A DNA stretch of 64,000 nt from Convolutriloba macropyga (Eukaryota): contig NC_134470.1 of the NCBI RefSeq assembly GCF_964194025.1, positions 18,476,001 through 18,540,000 of the forward strand, given 5' to 3'. Made by a program: the position numbers and the translations under genes. The number at the start of each line of letters is the position of its first letter. Position 1 is the first letter of the stretch. Below are positions 25,330 through 39,690 of the stretch, one piece after another. A model generated the notes under the pieces. The model was not told where the DNA came from, ran no database searches, and worked only from the letters and a program-made list of their open reading frames with translations.

Positions 25330-28300
25330 CTTGAAGCTGCTAAAGGCAATGAAGTTTACATTCTATTCGACTGAAGTGTAAATACTAAATACTACTATTC
25401 TGCATACTGTTCGTGTTAATTCTGCATACATTTTTTTGTTCTTTGATTTTGTAAATTTATGTGATCTGTCCTTAATTTTTAACTTCGGTAGTCGACTAAA
25501 ATTCCTCTAATGCTGTCAGAAGCTACAAATTCTGTTGGATATGAAGTTCAAATGGATGGGAGCGCCATCAATGGTACACGGAATTCGACAGTCCTGGAAG
25601 GCAAAATTGCGCAAAATTTCTCTGAAGCAATGCCCGAACTCAGATTTCATGGAGAAACACCAAATAGAAATGGTAAAGACCTTGATACTCCCGTTGCAAA
25701 AAGTGTTAAAAGGAGCTGTGCTGTTCTTAGTCCGGTGGAAGAGGCAAATCCAGATGTGAATTTAGAGAAGAAAGTAGAATCAAGCATTAAAAGATCAATT
25801 GATAACATAGTTCCGTGTATACTTGAAACGCTTAGGACCGAACTGCGCAATACTATCAGCGAGATTGTCGATTCCAAAACAAGTGATCTAAGAAATGAAC
25901 TCGATGGCAAAGTCAACTTGGAAGCTACCAAATCTAAGCTAAAATTTCTGTCTGAATCTGAGCTCTTGGAAACTTATAACAGAAGAGATAATATCAAAGT
26001 GCTTGAGTTATCTTCATGTTCCACTGATGGTAAAGAAAATTATCAACAGACATCGAAGTTAGTTGTTGATGTTACAGCAGAAATCGGTATGAATTTGAAG
26101 GAGGAGGATATCTCAATTGCGCACCGTCTGCCGTCAAATTCCGAAAGAAAACCAATTATAGCTAAATTTGTGCGCAGGGTAACAAAACTTGACTTCATGA
26201 AAAAGAAAAGAAACTTGGCGCAATCGGAAACTTAAAAAAACGTCAACGTATTTGAAGACTTGAGTAAAGCGAGAGTTATTTTTATCAACTTGATAAGGCA
26301 GATGATAGAATTAATTCAGTATGGTCAAGGGAGGACACTTTGTTCTATGAGTGGAAATACGACTATTTAGCCTACAAAATTCATGGTTTCTACGAAGGTG
26401 GAATTGATCTCAATTAAAGCATAGAAAGTGTACTAAATCGTTTCAACTCCTTTATTCCACCACCAAGCGCAAATATCAATAATCACACTTTTCGTCAGCC
26501 AAATTTCTCACACGACAAACAGCAAACCCAACATCTTTCAGCGATGCCCTCAAACTGTCCAAATTTCAGATTTCCGGACCAAAGTTCTGGACAAAGATCT
26601 TTTATTCGTCCCCAATACTGAAAGTTCTATACATAAAAGCAACACAAAACTTATGACTATCCTCAATGTAAATGTTAGATCTCTTTGAAAAAATTTGTTA
26701 AACCTAGAAGCTTTTATTTATAGTCTGGATGTACAACCTGATGTAATTTGTTTAACTTAAACCTGGCTTTTGGAAACAGATGAAATTTCCATCTATCTTG
26801 TTACTGGATACAATGGTTTTGTAGCCACGAATAGGGATTCTAAAAGGGGTGGAGTCATGTTGCAATGTAACAAATTTTGCAATATTACAACGGAAAGTAA
26901 GATCGACTTTCAGGAAGCTCTTTGTGTAGATATTTGCAAAAAAAACCAAACGTTTAAAACTATAGTTGTATGTAAACCACCACGCTCGTACAAAGTTGAA
27001 TTTGTCAATATGATGGATAAATTGTTAGAAAATCTAAGTTCGAGCAACAGGTCAGTCAATATTTGTGGTGATATGAATTTGGATATTATGAAAAATAATT
27101 TGCTGAGCAGAAATTACTTGAACAGCATTGCAGCAAATGGTTTCTGTATTTCCTCTCCCGAACCAACACGTTCAACTAATAAGTACAGTTCTTGCTTGGA
27201 CCATTTCATTAATCAAAATTTGGGTAAGTATGTTTCTGTAGAAGTTCTAGAACATCAAAATTTTACTGATCATAATCCCGTTATTTTGACGTGGCGAACA
27301 AGTGAAGATATAAATAAAAATGATTTAATACTCCGAGATACTAGCTTTGTAAAAAATCAGGATGCTGTGAGCCGTTATAAAATGGCATTGGAAGCAAATC
27401 TTAACAAAAACAGTGGCATTATTTACAAAAGTGTCGATCCTTGCAACGCTTTTTCCACATTTAACTAACTTTTTCTAAAGTGACAGAAGACTTTGCTCCT
27501 TTAAAAAGTGTCGATAATAAACAAAAAGTTCCGAAGTGGTTTGATAATAGGTTAAAAAATTTACGTCAAAAAAGAAACCATGATTATTATAAATATAAAG
27601 GAAACAAAAATAACAATGACCTGCTGAAGAAAATTAAAGAGTGTAGATTAAGGCTGGAAAAGCAATTAAAATTGCGCAAGAAACAATTCTATCTAAATTC
27701 TTTCCAGAAATGTTTAGGAAACTCTAGACAGACTTTCAAACTACTCAATGAGCTGAAAGGCAAATCATATAAATCACAGAATTTTCCAATCCTATGCAGC
27801 TGTTATCAGACGTTTGATGAACCTTCGGATAAAAATAATGCAAACAATTTCAAGCAAACATTTTCGAGTTCAACAATTTTTTTGCTTCCATAGGACATCA
27901 AGTCAGTAGGCACCTAAATAATAGTTTCCAACCTTCTTTTCCTAGACACCAATGCTCCATGTATATTTACAAAACTACTGCGAGAGAGGTGGGGGATATC
28001 TCAACTAATCTTGACAACAAGTCATCCTCAGGTGTTGATGATATAAGTAACATACTAATCAAATTATCTTCAGATGTCATCAACCCCTACCTAGTGTTTC
28101 TGATAAATTTTTCATTCGACAAAGGTATTTTTCCTAAAGAACTGACTCGAGCAAAAGTTCTCCCACTGCACAAAGAGGGGTCTAAACTTGACCAAAATAA
28201 TTATAGGCCAATTTCACTTCTTGTAGTTTTCAGTAATATTTTTGAAAGAGCTATGTACAATCGCGTGTACCAATATTTTGAGAAATTCTCTATATTTTAT

Positions 28301-29769
28301 AAGAAGCAGTTTAGTGTTAGATCTAAGCATAGTACAATTGATGCACTAGTTGAGTTAACCGAAACTGTTCGCATGAGACAACAACATTCGACCATAGTTA
28401 GTTTCTTTTTGGATTTAAAAAAGGCGTTTGATACTATCAATCATGCATTTCTTTTGGAAAAACTAGAGAGATATGGAATTAGAGGCAACTGCTGGAAATT
28501 GTTTAACTCTTATCTGAGTGATAGAATTCATCATGTTGTAATTAATGAATTAATGGTACTTCATCTGATTTGTCCGAAATCAAAAACGGTGTTCCTCAAG
28601 GATCGATTTTGGGCCCTCTTTTGTTTTTAATATATATAAACGACCTTCCTTTAGTCTGTAAAAATGTTGAAATTTTACTTTTTGCTGATGTCACTAACAT
28701 AGAAGCAGTTGGGTGCTCTGTTGAAAATATAAAGTCAGATTTAGATAGCATAAACGTTTGGCTTCAGAGTAACAAGCTTGTCCTTAATCTTAGTAAAAAC
28801 AATTCAAGTTAACTTGAAAAAATGACCGGCAAATCTTAGTTTCCAATTGAACAAAACTGACATCAAAGTTGAGCATTACTGTAAATATCTTGGGGTAAAA
28901 ATAGATAATAAGTTCTCTTTTCGGGATCATATCGATCATGTGCAAAGTAAACTAAGTAAACAATGTGGTATACTAGCAAAACTCAGACATTATGTTCCTC
29001 GGAATCAACTCATTTCTTACTACAATTCGAATGTGACACCACTAATTCAAAATGGTGCCTTGATTTATGGTTGCTGTACCTACTCAGCGCTTCTACCGAT
29101 CTACCTATTGCAGAAAAAAATTTTAAAATTAATGTATGTTAGAAAAAAGGCGATCACTGCGATGATATTTTTATGAGGCACTCGTTGTTGACTATCTACG
29201 AGTTACACATATACGAATTAATTAAATTTGTTCTGAAATCAATCAATGGTCTACACTAGCAATATTTCAGCAATAATTTGTTTCAATTTAAATCGAACGA
29301 CCGGAAAACCAGAAGTGGGATTCTTAAGTTGCTAAAGGAACCATTTTGTAAAAAGAAGTTGGAGCGCAATTCAATACGTTTTAGAGGTGCTAAACTAAAT
29401 AACAAATTAAAGATAATGCAGATAATTCCCGGTAATTTAGAGAATGGTAGCCAAGCTGAAGTGACAAGTTTCTGTCATAAATTGAAAAACTCATATCTGG
29501 TGTCGAACTACGAGCTAATTAGATTCGTTTTTAACTGAAGCGAACAACAATATTGAACATGTGCTACTCTAGTTTGTTGAATTGATGTCCTATCTGAATA
29601 ATTTGTTAATTTGTGCTATATTTTGCATGTATTGAACGAAGGTTTATCAAGTAATCGTTGTCAGTAATTTATTGGGCAAATTGAAAAAGAAGATCGCTCT
29701 GATCTCGTTATTTGTCCACGTTGCTTGTTTATTATTCAACAACGAAATTAATTCTTTCTTTCTTTCTTT
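25330..29769 (+). mobile_element. Decayed full-length CR1/L2-group LINE in DHX33 intron (same family as 11600-15911)
   Basis: ORF1 at 25510-26235 (LLETYNRRDNIKVL..DISIAHRLPSN). APE (NVRSL, CGDMNLD, TDHNP) and RT (LDLKKAFDT, GVPQGSILGP). Ends in a (tttc)n tail. Confidence 0.93.
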
Positions 29770-30296
29770 AACCGTCTCCGACCTCTACCGTAAATTTGCA
29801 TTGAAACCTTGTCTAATGCATGATTTGTTTTGAGACTTGCCCTCCAGTAATATTTAATTAGAGGCTGATGTTCTTTGTTGAAGATCTCTGATTAGACTGA
29901 TCAAATCATTTCGAGTTTGCCTTGCGCCATTTCTGCTCTGCCTAACCATTTATTAATTAGGAGATAAATAGAAGCTTGCTTCAGTTATCGTTGTTGAAGC
30001 TATAAAAAAGAAAAACAACTATTTCTAGAAGCCAAACCAAATTCTTTGACTAAAAATCAAGAGAAACCCAGTATAACTTCATTCGGTTATCACTTTTCAG
30101 ATATAAAAAAAACATGACTTGCATAAAGCTTGAAGGTTAGAATGCAGCAGTTAATGACCTTTAGTTTCCTATGGATTAAATCATATGCAGCCAAATGATC
30201 TGTAAAATCTGGTTATTCTACACATTTGAGCAAAGACCATTGCATATAAAATTTGATGTGAATGTCACTCCACAAACATAACGAACACAGACTGAC

Positions 30297-30835
30297 CTTT
30301 GATACTGTTCGCAAGGTTCTCACTGCACTCTCAATTTCCTCTTCACCAGTCAGAAACACCAGAATGTCACCATCATTGGGGTTAGCTCTGTGGACTTGAA
30401 TGACAGCAACCATCGTCCTCCAAAGGTAGTCTTGCTCAACTTTGTCCTCTTCTTCGGACAAAAAGAATGACGTCACAGGATGCGACCGTCCTTGCACGTA
30501 TAAAATTGGCGCATCCTCAAAGTAAGAAGAAAACAAATCAACTGACAAAGTCGCAGACATAACAATAACTTTCAAAGACATCGCCGAGCTGTATCCAAGC
30601 GATTTCCGTTGTTTTTGAGCTTTCTTTACCACTCCTAGAAGAATGTCTGTTTGCAAAGATCTCTCGTGAGCCTCATCTATGATTATAACTGAGTATCGTT
30701 TCAAAAGGGGGTCGCTCATAGCTTCTCGTAGGACAATACCATCAGTTGCGTATTTGATTTTAGTCCCTTGACTGGAGACATCCTCAAAACGTACAGAGTA
30801 GCCAACCACATCGCCAATTTTGCAATTCATTTCAC
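30297..30835 (-). CDS. DHX33: DHX33 exon 2 (RecA1 domain)
   Basis: Phase 1 acceptor tgtttag and phase 0 donor gtcagt. Motifs GYSVRFED, TDGIVLRE, DEAHERS, MSAT and FLTGEEEIE. The segment GVVKKAQKQRKSLG..LKVIVMSAT..VDLFSSYF resembles DHX33 specifically. Confidence 0.93.
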
Positions 30836-31499
30836 CTAAACAATAACAAACCAACTAGAAACTCATTTTAGAGTTCAACAGTTTATATTATGTTCGAGGA
30901 AATTGAACACTTGGAAACAACAACAGAAATTTGTTACTGGACAAAACTTAAGTGTTATTAAAAAATCCTCAGACTGCGTTCTAAGCCAATGATAGTCCTG
31001 GTATCCAGGCTAAAAATTACGTATTTGCAAAGCTGCTATTGCAAACAAATGAATCGAATGCAACCAAACAAAAACAGCGGAAGCTTAACAGCACTAAGTT
31101 CCTATGTAGTTATTACAGCATAAAAATTTTCCATAATCTTGACAAGAAAGATTGCACATTCTACGCAAGGCCTCCACTTACGCGGTGGCGATTGCTTCTT
31201 AGGATTACTACTGAGTGTACAATGAGCTTTCAAATATCGGTAAAAAAATAAAAAAAGGGCATTCTTGCTAAACAGTTGGTTGTTCTTTTAGCTTTCTTGC
31301 TTGAACTTTTGCTCATTTAAAGCGAAAAAAAAGCCATTTCTCATTGATCTTTTAAAGCAGATTTCAAGATTTAAACATTCAAACCTTTTCTTTTCCGTCT
31401 AAATTAAAAAGTTAAAGATTGTAACAGCTATTATTTATATACATTTAGAAATCGTATGAAGGCCTAGATATTATATTCTGACAGAATTGCGCCATTCCA

Positions 31500-34400
31500 A
31501 AAGAAATTAATCTCAATTTACACAGTAAATCATACTTTTTCGGACTTTATTACTACTTTATTTCCAGATTATTTTGTCAGGATGGATGCCAAGTTATTAC
31601 AATTAGTGGAGACTATCCAGGATGAGAGTACGAAGCAGGTCGTGAGTACCATTATAAGCGAATTAAAAAAAACCCAGAGCGAGGTTAGTGTGCAATTCAA
31701 AAACATAAAGGATTTTTGCTCAGAGTTAGAAATGCGTGTTCGGGAACAAGAAAGATACACGAGTAAGGACTCCATCATTACTGATAATCCACCGTTTGAC
31801 CCAAACGTTGATGATGATGCATTACTGGAACTGATTGTTTTTTTCATTAAAAAATTTCTGCGTTACGAACTGGAACCGAGTAAAATCAAAGCGTGTCATA
31901 TACTACCTGGTCGAGCCGAAGAAAAGGTCTGATGGCTTCTGTGATCGTCAAGTTTTTGTACTTTCGTGATAAAAACCAGATATATGCGAATCGAAGGTAT
32001 CTCAAAGGACAAAAAAACGAAATAAATCAAAAGAATATTTACGTACGAGAAAGATTACCTGCAATGGATGCTTATATCAAGAAATTCGCAGAAGGCAAGG
32101 GACTCATAACAAGCACTAATAACTGCACTGTGTCCGTATTGTGTGATCAAGGAGATGGGAGAAAAAAACTTGTAAAAGTAAATGATGTTACCGAATTGGA
32201 AAATGTAAAAAATCCAATTGTGCGAGAGCAGAATCGTAGACCAGACCAAATAACTGGTTTCCGTAAACCAAAGCGACCACTTCGATTGACTGATGATGAA
32301 CGTGCTGATCGGCTATTTGCATCATTCTCTCCTGAACAAAAGAAAGCTATCTTCGAAATTGGAAAAGCCAATTAAAGTGCTGGAAAAAGTTTGAACTGAG
32401 AATAACTCATTAAAAATTTTTGTTAACGTCTGAAGTGTTGAAGACACAACACATGTGTGCAAAATTATCTGTGTTTTGTTATACAAGTTTCATCTAAACT
32501 TACTTCTCAAAGTTGAAACAAGGATAAAAAAATTAAAAGTTAATTTTTAACTAAAGTTTCTTAGTTTTTTATTTAGCTTATTTTTATCTGTTTAAGTTTT
32601 CCGTGCTATTGGTTTTCGTTTTTTCAAAATTTACTGCATGAGGTTCTGCGATTTCCGCGGATTCAGGCATTATTGTAATTATATATTTTATATATATGTT
32701 TTTCTTTTTACTTCTACATAAACAAAAACTTGCATCAGGCACTGCGATTTGCGCGACCTGTTGCAAGCTGAGTGAACTTTAAAAATTTGTTGTGTCACTA
32801 ATAGAACTTGAGCTCAGAATACAATTTAGTCTGAAGTACTGCAATTTCCGCGGCTAGTTTACTCTTTTTTTTCTCAATAAATGCTTGAGTTTTTCTGGTC
32901 TGCACTGCGATTCCGCGGCAGCAGGAAAGACTGAATCGAAAAAAGACAGAAAAAAAAGAAAAACAATGGTTTATGGCTGCAATTTTGTCAGAATACTTAT
33001 TGGACATATATGACTTTTAGAATATTACTTCAAAATTTAAGATCAATTCATAGAAATTTTAATGAGCTCGATCAATTTATAAACCAAGAGAAAGCAAAAC
33101 CTGATGTGATTGCATTAACAGAAACCTGGTGCAACCAGTATGCTTTCGAAAATGCTTACCAGTTGAATGGATATGGCCAGTTGTTGAGGAGTGACAGAGA
33201 AAAAAGAGGTGGAGGTGTAGGATTTTTCATTCGGAAAGGCATCAAAGTTCAAATTAAAGCAATAACAAACAATGAACACGTACAATTGTTGACAGTTGCG
33301 TTGTTAGGATATCAAAATGAAAAATTGATAACTGTTGGTTATAAAACTCCAAATTATGGTATAGATGAGTACATAAACGTTTGTCAAGAGCACCTTAATA
33401 AATTCACTATCAAACCGGAGAGTTTGCAAGTTTTTGTGGTGATTTCAACTTAAATGTAATTGAACAAACGAACAAAATCGCTAAGGTTTTGGATTTTTTT
33501 CTCTTGTACAGGACTGCAAATAAAGAATAGATCAGAACCGACAAGAGTCACTTCTTGTACGGCAACATGCATTGATATTTTTTTCGCAAATTTTGAAGCC
33601 TCAGTAAATGTGAAGGATACCATGATTTCTGACCACAGAGGAGTAGAATTGAGCTGCAAGGAAACAAGGGTTGATCCGGAAAAATCAAAGGAAAAATTTC
33701 CTTTTAGGCCCCTAAAAAACTTCAAAATAAGGAACTCAGGTTAGATTTAAATTAGTATTGCAAAAAAACTGGGAACGAAAAGTAAACTATATCTATCTTC
33801 TGATTTGGATTTCAGTTTTACGGATTTAATGAGGGTGATAAACGAGGAGTTGGATCGTCATGTACCCTTGCAACAGTTCAAAAAGCACACTAACAAAAAA
33901 TTCAAACAGGTTCAAAAGCCTTGGTTGAATAACCAGATCAAAAATCTCAGTCTTAAAAAGCTTGAAGCCTACCAAAGATTGAAGAACGAACAGTCTGCCG
34001 AAAATAGAGAAATTTAATAAGCTGCGTAATCATTTAAAAAACCTAACGAAAAAAGCAAAAGTAGAATTTTACGAACAAAAAATTGAAGGAAAGGCTAACA
34101 TAAATAAAAGTTTGTTTTCAATAATAGACGATATTAAGGGAACGAAAATAAAAAAATATTGACAAACTGAATGCTGATGAAATCAATAAATATTTTGTTG
34201 AAATAGGAAAGAAACTATCTGAAAGTTGTAGTCTGCCGCCAGATCTAAGCCGGGTCAGAAAGTTAGAAAATTCCATGTTCTTAACTAACGTCACAGCCAA
34301 AGAAGTTTTCGACATTATCAAGCAAATGCCCAAAAAAACTTCCTCTGATTTGCATAACATTTCAAATCAACTGATTAAGTTCATCAATCCAAGCGTGTGT

Positions 34401-36085
34401 GCAACATTTGCAAAATTAATTAATCGTTGCTTTGATGAGGGCCATTTCCCTAGAACTCTGAAAATTGCCAATGTTATACCTCTGTACAAAAATGATAACG
34501 AAAACGAGTTCGGTAATTACAGACCAATATCACTGCTCCCAGTTATTTCAAAAATTTTCTTTTTTGTCCAAATACTCAGTAATAAACAAGGCTCAGTTTG
34601 GATATCAGGCAAAGAAAAACACAATTGATGCTGTGTCGGAGGTTGTTGAAACAATAAGGATTTCTTTGTGTTCGAAAGAAAGTTACTATGGAGTTTTTAT
34701 TGATTTATCGAAGGCTTTTGATACTGTGAGTCATAAAATTTTGCTCCAAAAATGTTTTGCGTATGGTTTGAGGGGGAAAATTTATGACAATCTTAATTCA
34801 TATTTGACCAACAGACAATGTGTTTCAGTTAGCAAGCAGCGATCATCATTTGAAAGCATTTTTTGCGGTGTACCGCAGGGTTCTGTTTTAGGGCCACTTC
34901 TGTTCTTGATTTACGTAAACGATCTGCCTGCTTTTTGTACAAACTGTAATGTAACTATGTTTGCTGATGATACAAATATTTACGGAAAGGTGGATGATGG
35001 AATTAATGATACAATAGAAAATGTGTCAGTTTGGATGGAATCAAATAAGTTAGCAATCAATAGAGATAGATGCAAGTCTATAAGTTTTGGTGCTACTAAT
35101 GAGACACCTGAAATAAAAATTTATGATTACAGCATCAAATTTGTCGACCACATTAAGTACTTGGGTGTATACATAGATAGTAAACTGAGCTTCAAATCAC
35201 ACATTGAGAAAATAATTAGTCGGATGGATTCATTAACAGCGGCAATCTATCAGTATAAAAATTTTTTCAAAAGACACATACCAGTCCGATTATACAAAGT
35301 TTACGTTCAACCAGTATTACAGTACGGGGTTTTGTTGTATGGAGTGGCCAATACAAGCGAGCTTCAAAAATTAGAGTGGCGGCAAAGCAGAATTTTTCGT
35401 TTGTTATTTTCAGCTAAGAGATTCCAAAGCATTGACGAACTGCGATGTAAACACAAGTTGTTTTCTGTTAAAGAGTTACACATATATGAACTGATAAAAT
35501 TACTGTGAAGAATTCTCCGCCATGAACATCCAAGCAAATTATTAAATAACTCATTTCCGGAATTAATCGAAGAAAATATCCAAATAAATGAAAGAACTCA
35601 TCTAGTCAAAACAAAATATTTGCAAACGAAGCAAAGAAACAAGTCACTCATAAATAGCTTAAGACGCTTATATAATGTTTTAACTAAAATGGATGAAAGT
35701 ATTATTCAAAAATTATGCTCATTTAGTGCACAGGATTTAGCAAACTTTTTACATTGTTTTAGAGACTCATTTATTATAGATAACAGATTTTTAACCTTTT
35801 TTGGTAAGGAATAAAGCGAGCTGCATTTTTTTTGTAAAATTGGCATTCTTATTAAACATTTTCTTAGGGGTTTCTAAGTTTGATTGGAAAGTGGTATTAC
35901 CAGGGTAAAATATGATTTTAGAGGGTTTGAATTAACAAATAAGTAGACTTTGAGAAGAATTAAAAGGCATCACTTGACAGGTCTAGCGACCTTTTGATGT
36001 CCTTTCGGGTTATGTTTTGTTGTTTGTAAATTTATAAATGCAAGCAATGGAATAAACTCGAGAACTAATTTATTATTTATGATTA
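31500..36085 (+). mobile_element. Decayed full-length CR1/L2-group LINE in DHX33 intron
   Basis: ORF1 at 31582-32375 (EQERYTSKDSII, IKACHILP, VIVKF). APE from 33010 (QNLRSI, TETW, SDHRG). RT at 34465-35508 (IDLSKAFDTV, GVPQGSVLGP, FADDTN). aataaa near 36051. Confidence 0.93.
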
Positions 36086-37789
36086 AATGGGGATAGGGAA
36101 AAATGCTGTCCATTTTTGAGAGTAACCAGTCGTTTCTTTTTAATTAATACAAACTCGACGAGACTGCGATTTACGCATATGCGTGTAGATTTATGAAAAA
36201 ATTTTCAGTCATAAAGAGAACAAACACTCAATTTTGCTCCTCTAGCTCTTTAAAAGGCTATTTAAATTCACAGCGGTAAAAAAAACTTGAAACTTTGTAA
36301 CTTGTGTATTTCGGTTTCAAAGCTTTAAAATCAATTTCGAGTTATGTTTCAAAAAATGGGATCGAAAAAAAACCGGATTAGTAGATAGTGTAAGTGTAAA
36401 ACAACTAGAACTTTCAATCAACTACATAATGGAACGTATGTTACAAAGCAATCGTAACTAGGACCAAAATTACTGCATGGGAAACACGATGCAAGACTGC
36501 TACTGTCCGCAATTTTTACATAATTACCAGGAGGCTCGGAATGGTGCGCCGTACATTGTTCCTGCCCCTCTCATCACAACTACTGAAACCAAAAAATGTT
36601 TCCAACTTTTGAGAAACATTGCAGTCAGACTGTCAAAAATAGCCAAGAGACAGACATGAATGCCGTAGAATCCAGATAGATACATCTACAGAAATGCGTC
36701 GCTGAAACGCCACTTTCGAAAAACACTGAGTTCAAATGATATTTCTTGGTTCATTTCATTCCGCTGAAACCTTTTCATCACGGATCATAACAACAAAAGG
36801 GTCTTAATGACCTTGAATTAACTTCATTCGAACTTAAGCTTTAACGTGTAGATCATAAAAAGTTCATACAGTTGAAAAACAGTCGTGAAAAGAACCTGAA
36901 ATTGAAAAGGGGATAACAATAAAAACAGCACTCAAAGCACGTCAAGTCATCAAGAACTCGCGAAAATCTAATTTCCCTCTTATCTAAAAAATAGCTGTTT
37001 CTGGCTTGAATCTTAATGTTTTTGTTACCTGTGCTGCCTCAGGGTGATTAACCGTTCTGATGTGCTATCTCAAACTTGGACTTCCAATTGACCTCGAAAT
37101 CATGAAAAATCGTGAATACTTCCTTAAAAAACAGCACCTAAAATAATCTTAAATATGAAATTGGACCACAATAACCGCTGAATGAGTACATGAAGCTTCC
37201 CCGAAAAACTCATATTTGCTAATGTTTAGGTGAAAGACACAATTATATGGAAACATTTCAATATTCGCGTAAAATTTGATCAAAAATTTAAAAATCTAAT
37301 AAAAATCTCGTTTCTTTTCAAATCTCAGTGTTGTCCAAAAGACAAAATGCAGACTGAGCCATTATTGATTGGTAGCCAGTCAATTGTGCATGCGCGCACA
37401 GTGCATGATAGCACTAAAACATCAAACTTCTCTGGTTTTCCAGGTTTGATAAAAAAAAGATTTTGGTTTTGAATTTTTTTAACATTTAACCATTAAGACA
37501 GATCAATTTACTTTCACTGATTCTTAAAACTTAAGCGAAGATTTAAAACAAACAGAAAACTGGATTAAAAATGAGGTTAACATAGGCGAATGACAGGTTA
37601 AAAATTCATTAAAATGTCTGAAAATTTATCGCATGTTCTGCATTTCTGTACTACATTGACAAAACAATGATATTCTTATATTCCAAAGATAAACTCGAAA
37701 ACCACTAGTTAATGTAAATGATATTTTAACAAAACTTTGACCAAAATTAAACATTTTGAGGTGAAACATGGGCATGAACGGCCGACTTT

Positions 37790-39690
37790 TTTTAAACGAT
37801 TTCTGCTGCTTGAGTAACATGACATTTGGTAAGATGTTAACCGAAAGCAGGACCATGTTTTTTCAATGAATCAAAAAGTTTTCTCAGTTTTACAAGAGTC
37901 GACAGCGATACCATCGTCCGCATACCAATTTTGAACTGTGATGCAATCGTCAAAAATTCAGTTGAGGGGAAATTGCAATTCGATACATCGACGAATTACA
38001 TATGGAATGATATAGAGAAGGGCATTTCTCAATGTTTCATAAGATCACTGTTGAGACTACTGAAAGCATTTTTTTGCTTCGGTAAGCCGGATCGCTTCCG
38101 AATTTTAGTTTATTAAAAACAGCTCTCAATTAATGAATGGCAAGTTCAATTTCTCCCTTTTAACCCATACAGTTGTTGATCAACAAATATCTTCAGGTCG
38201 GTTTTACTACAGGTGACAATAATTCTTCCAGTAACTCGCCTTAAGAATTCCACAATTCCTATCGATCGTACACCAGGGCATGTATCAAGAGCTATCAACC
38301 CAAATGAATTGTACGGAAGGGAAGTCAAACGAGAAGTTACTAAGCCTATTGATAGTATAACAATCGTTTTGCATAGATCAGTCGAGCACGCCTTAAGGGA
38401 TGTCAGAAGCCATCGCCATTCGTTGGCATCCGTTCGTTTCTTTCAAGAGTCTTCATGACAGATTTTCTATCCATTGAGTTTTTCAAATATAGACTGTTAT
38501 GCTAAAAGTTTGGATGTTCATTGCCCACTAGATAACTCAAATTTAATTGCGTGGTTCCGGATGTTTTTCGCGTAAGACATTAAGGACTGTTTTCTTGTCA
38601 ACTTTGACAGTTAAAGAGGGGACGCCAACTTTCGCTTCTTCATTAAGATATCGAATGGTAGTGGCGGTTTTTCCTGTTGACATGTATTTATCAAATTCTT
38701 TGTACTCATCGACGAATCGTTTTGCTTCTATTCCGCTCATACGTTCCTGGATAGCTTTTTCTTTAAGAAACAGTGAACCTATGTCTTAATTCATCCATTG
38801 GTCTCAAACCGTCTTTGTTATTTGAGGCGTTATCCTCCGTTAGTGTTCCTGCAAGAATGGGATGAGGCATCATCATTGCACAGTAAATTGCCGTTCCCGC
38901 GTTAGAAAAATTTAAAGTGGCGGACAAGATTTCATTCAAGGTATTGGTTAACTTAAAATTTGTCGTGTTTCTTGGGAGCGTAAAAAAGACTGCTTTCCTG
39001 TGAACAATTTGTTTGTATATGTTCTCGATCTCTTGTTTGCTTTCCATGAGGTTAGGCCATTAGCCGTACGGTTCAGAACAGGCTTCCTTAGAGACGCTTG
39101 GAATGTCTTGTTATCGACTACTGCGTGGCTTAAGAGTTGTTTCCGCTGCATGGCTGAGAGGAGTTTAGATATTCTTTGGTTTCGCAGCAAAAGTTTTCAT
39201 GGTGTTCTCGCCCAGCGCTGAGTCCGCTACACTTAACGTGCTATAAGTGGCGAACCCCTCCACCTCTTAGATGACTTGAACATTTTCGGCAAGGTGACTG
39301 CTCGGACATTAGTGGGAGAGATATAAATAATTTAGGCTGTTGGTAGTCTTGAAAAAGTATCGTGGAATATACAGGTTTAATATTGTGGAATGCGGTCGAT
39401 TCTCGAATACAGTACAATTTTTGAATACCTGCACATGGAGGATGCATCCCATCGTTGCAAAGTTTTCTCTATTTTCGCTTCTCATCGAGAATCGAGCTTT
39501 GTTGTATTCTTTTCAGCCAATTCGTCAATCGAATGCTACAAGAATTTCTAATAGATGCACGTTGAATCCAGTAACCAGTTCTTGTTCACTCAATCAATTG
39601 GGTTTTTTCGAGCAATTGAAAATATTTTGACAAGTTTGTGGCAGATTGTTTGGAAAAAACCATTCATAATCATAATGAAATGATGAGATA
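37790..39690 (-). mobile_element. Decayed CRE-like (RLE-clade) non-LTR retrotransposon, 5' part (copy 1)
   Basis: RT motifs LREKHP, LIALDTCPGVRSIGIVEFLRR, WYADDG (~37909-37926) and KHGPAFG. ORF2 starts MSEQSPCRKC at 39309. Upstream is an SGNH-like LCNDGMHP. Confidence 0.8.

Noticed and set aside
32640-32990. Repeat-spacer pattern resembling a CRISPR array
   Set aside because: The repeats are only ~15 bp and degenerate, the spacers are uneven, there are no cas genes, and it lies inside a eukaryotic LINE.
36090-37790. Possible DNA transposon remnant with short palindromes
   Set aside because: No matching TIRs or transposase motif could be established.
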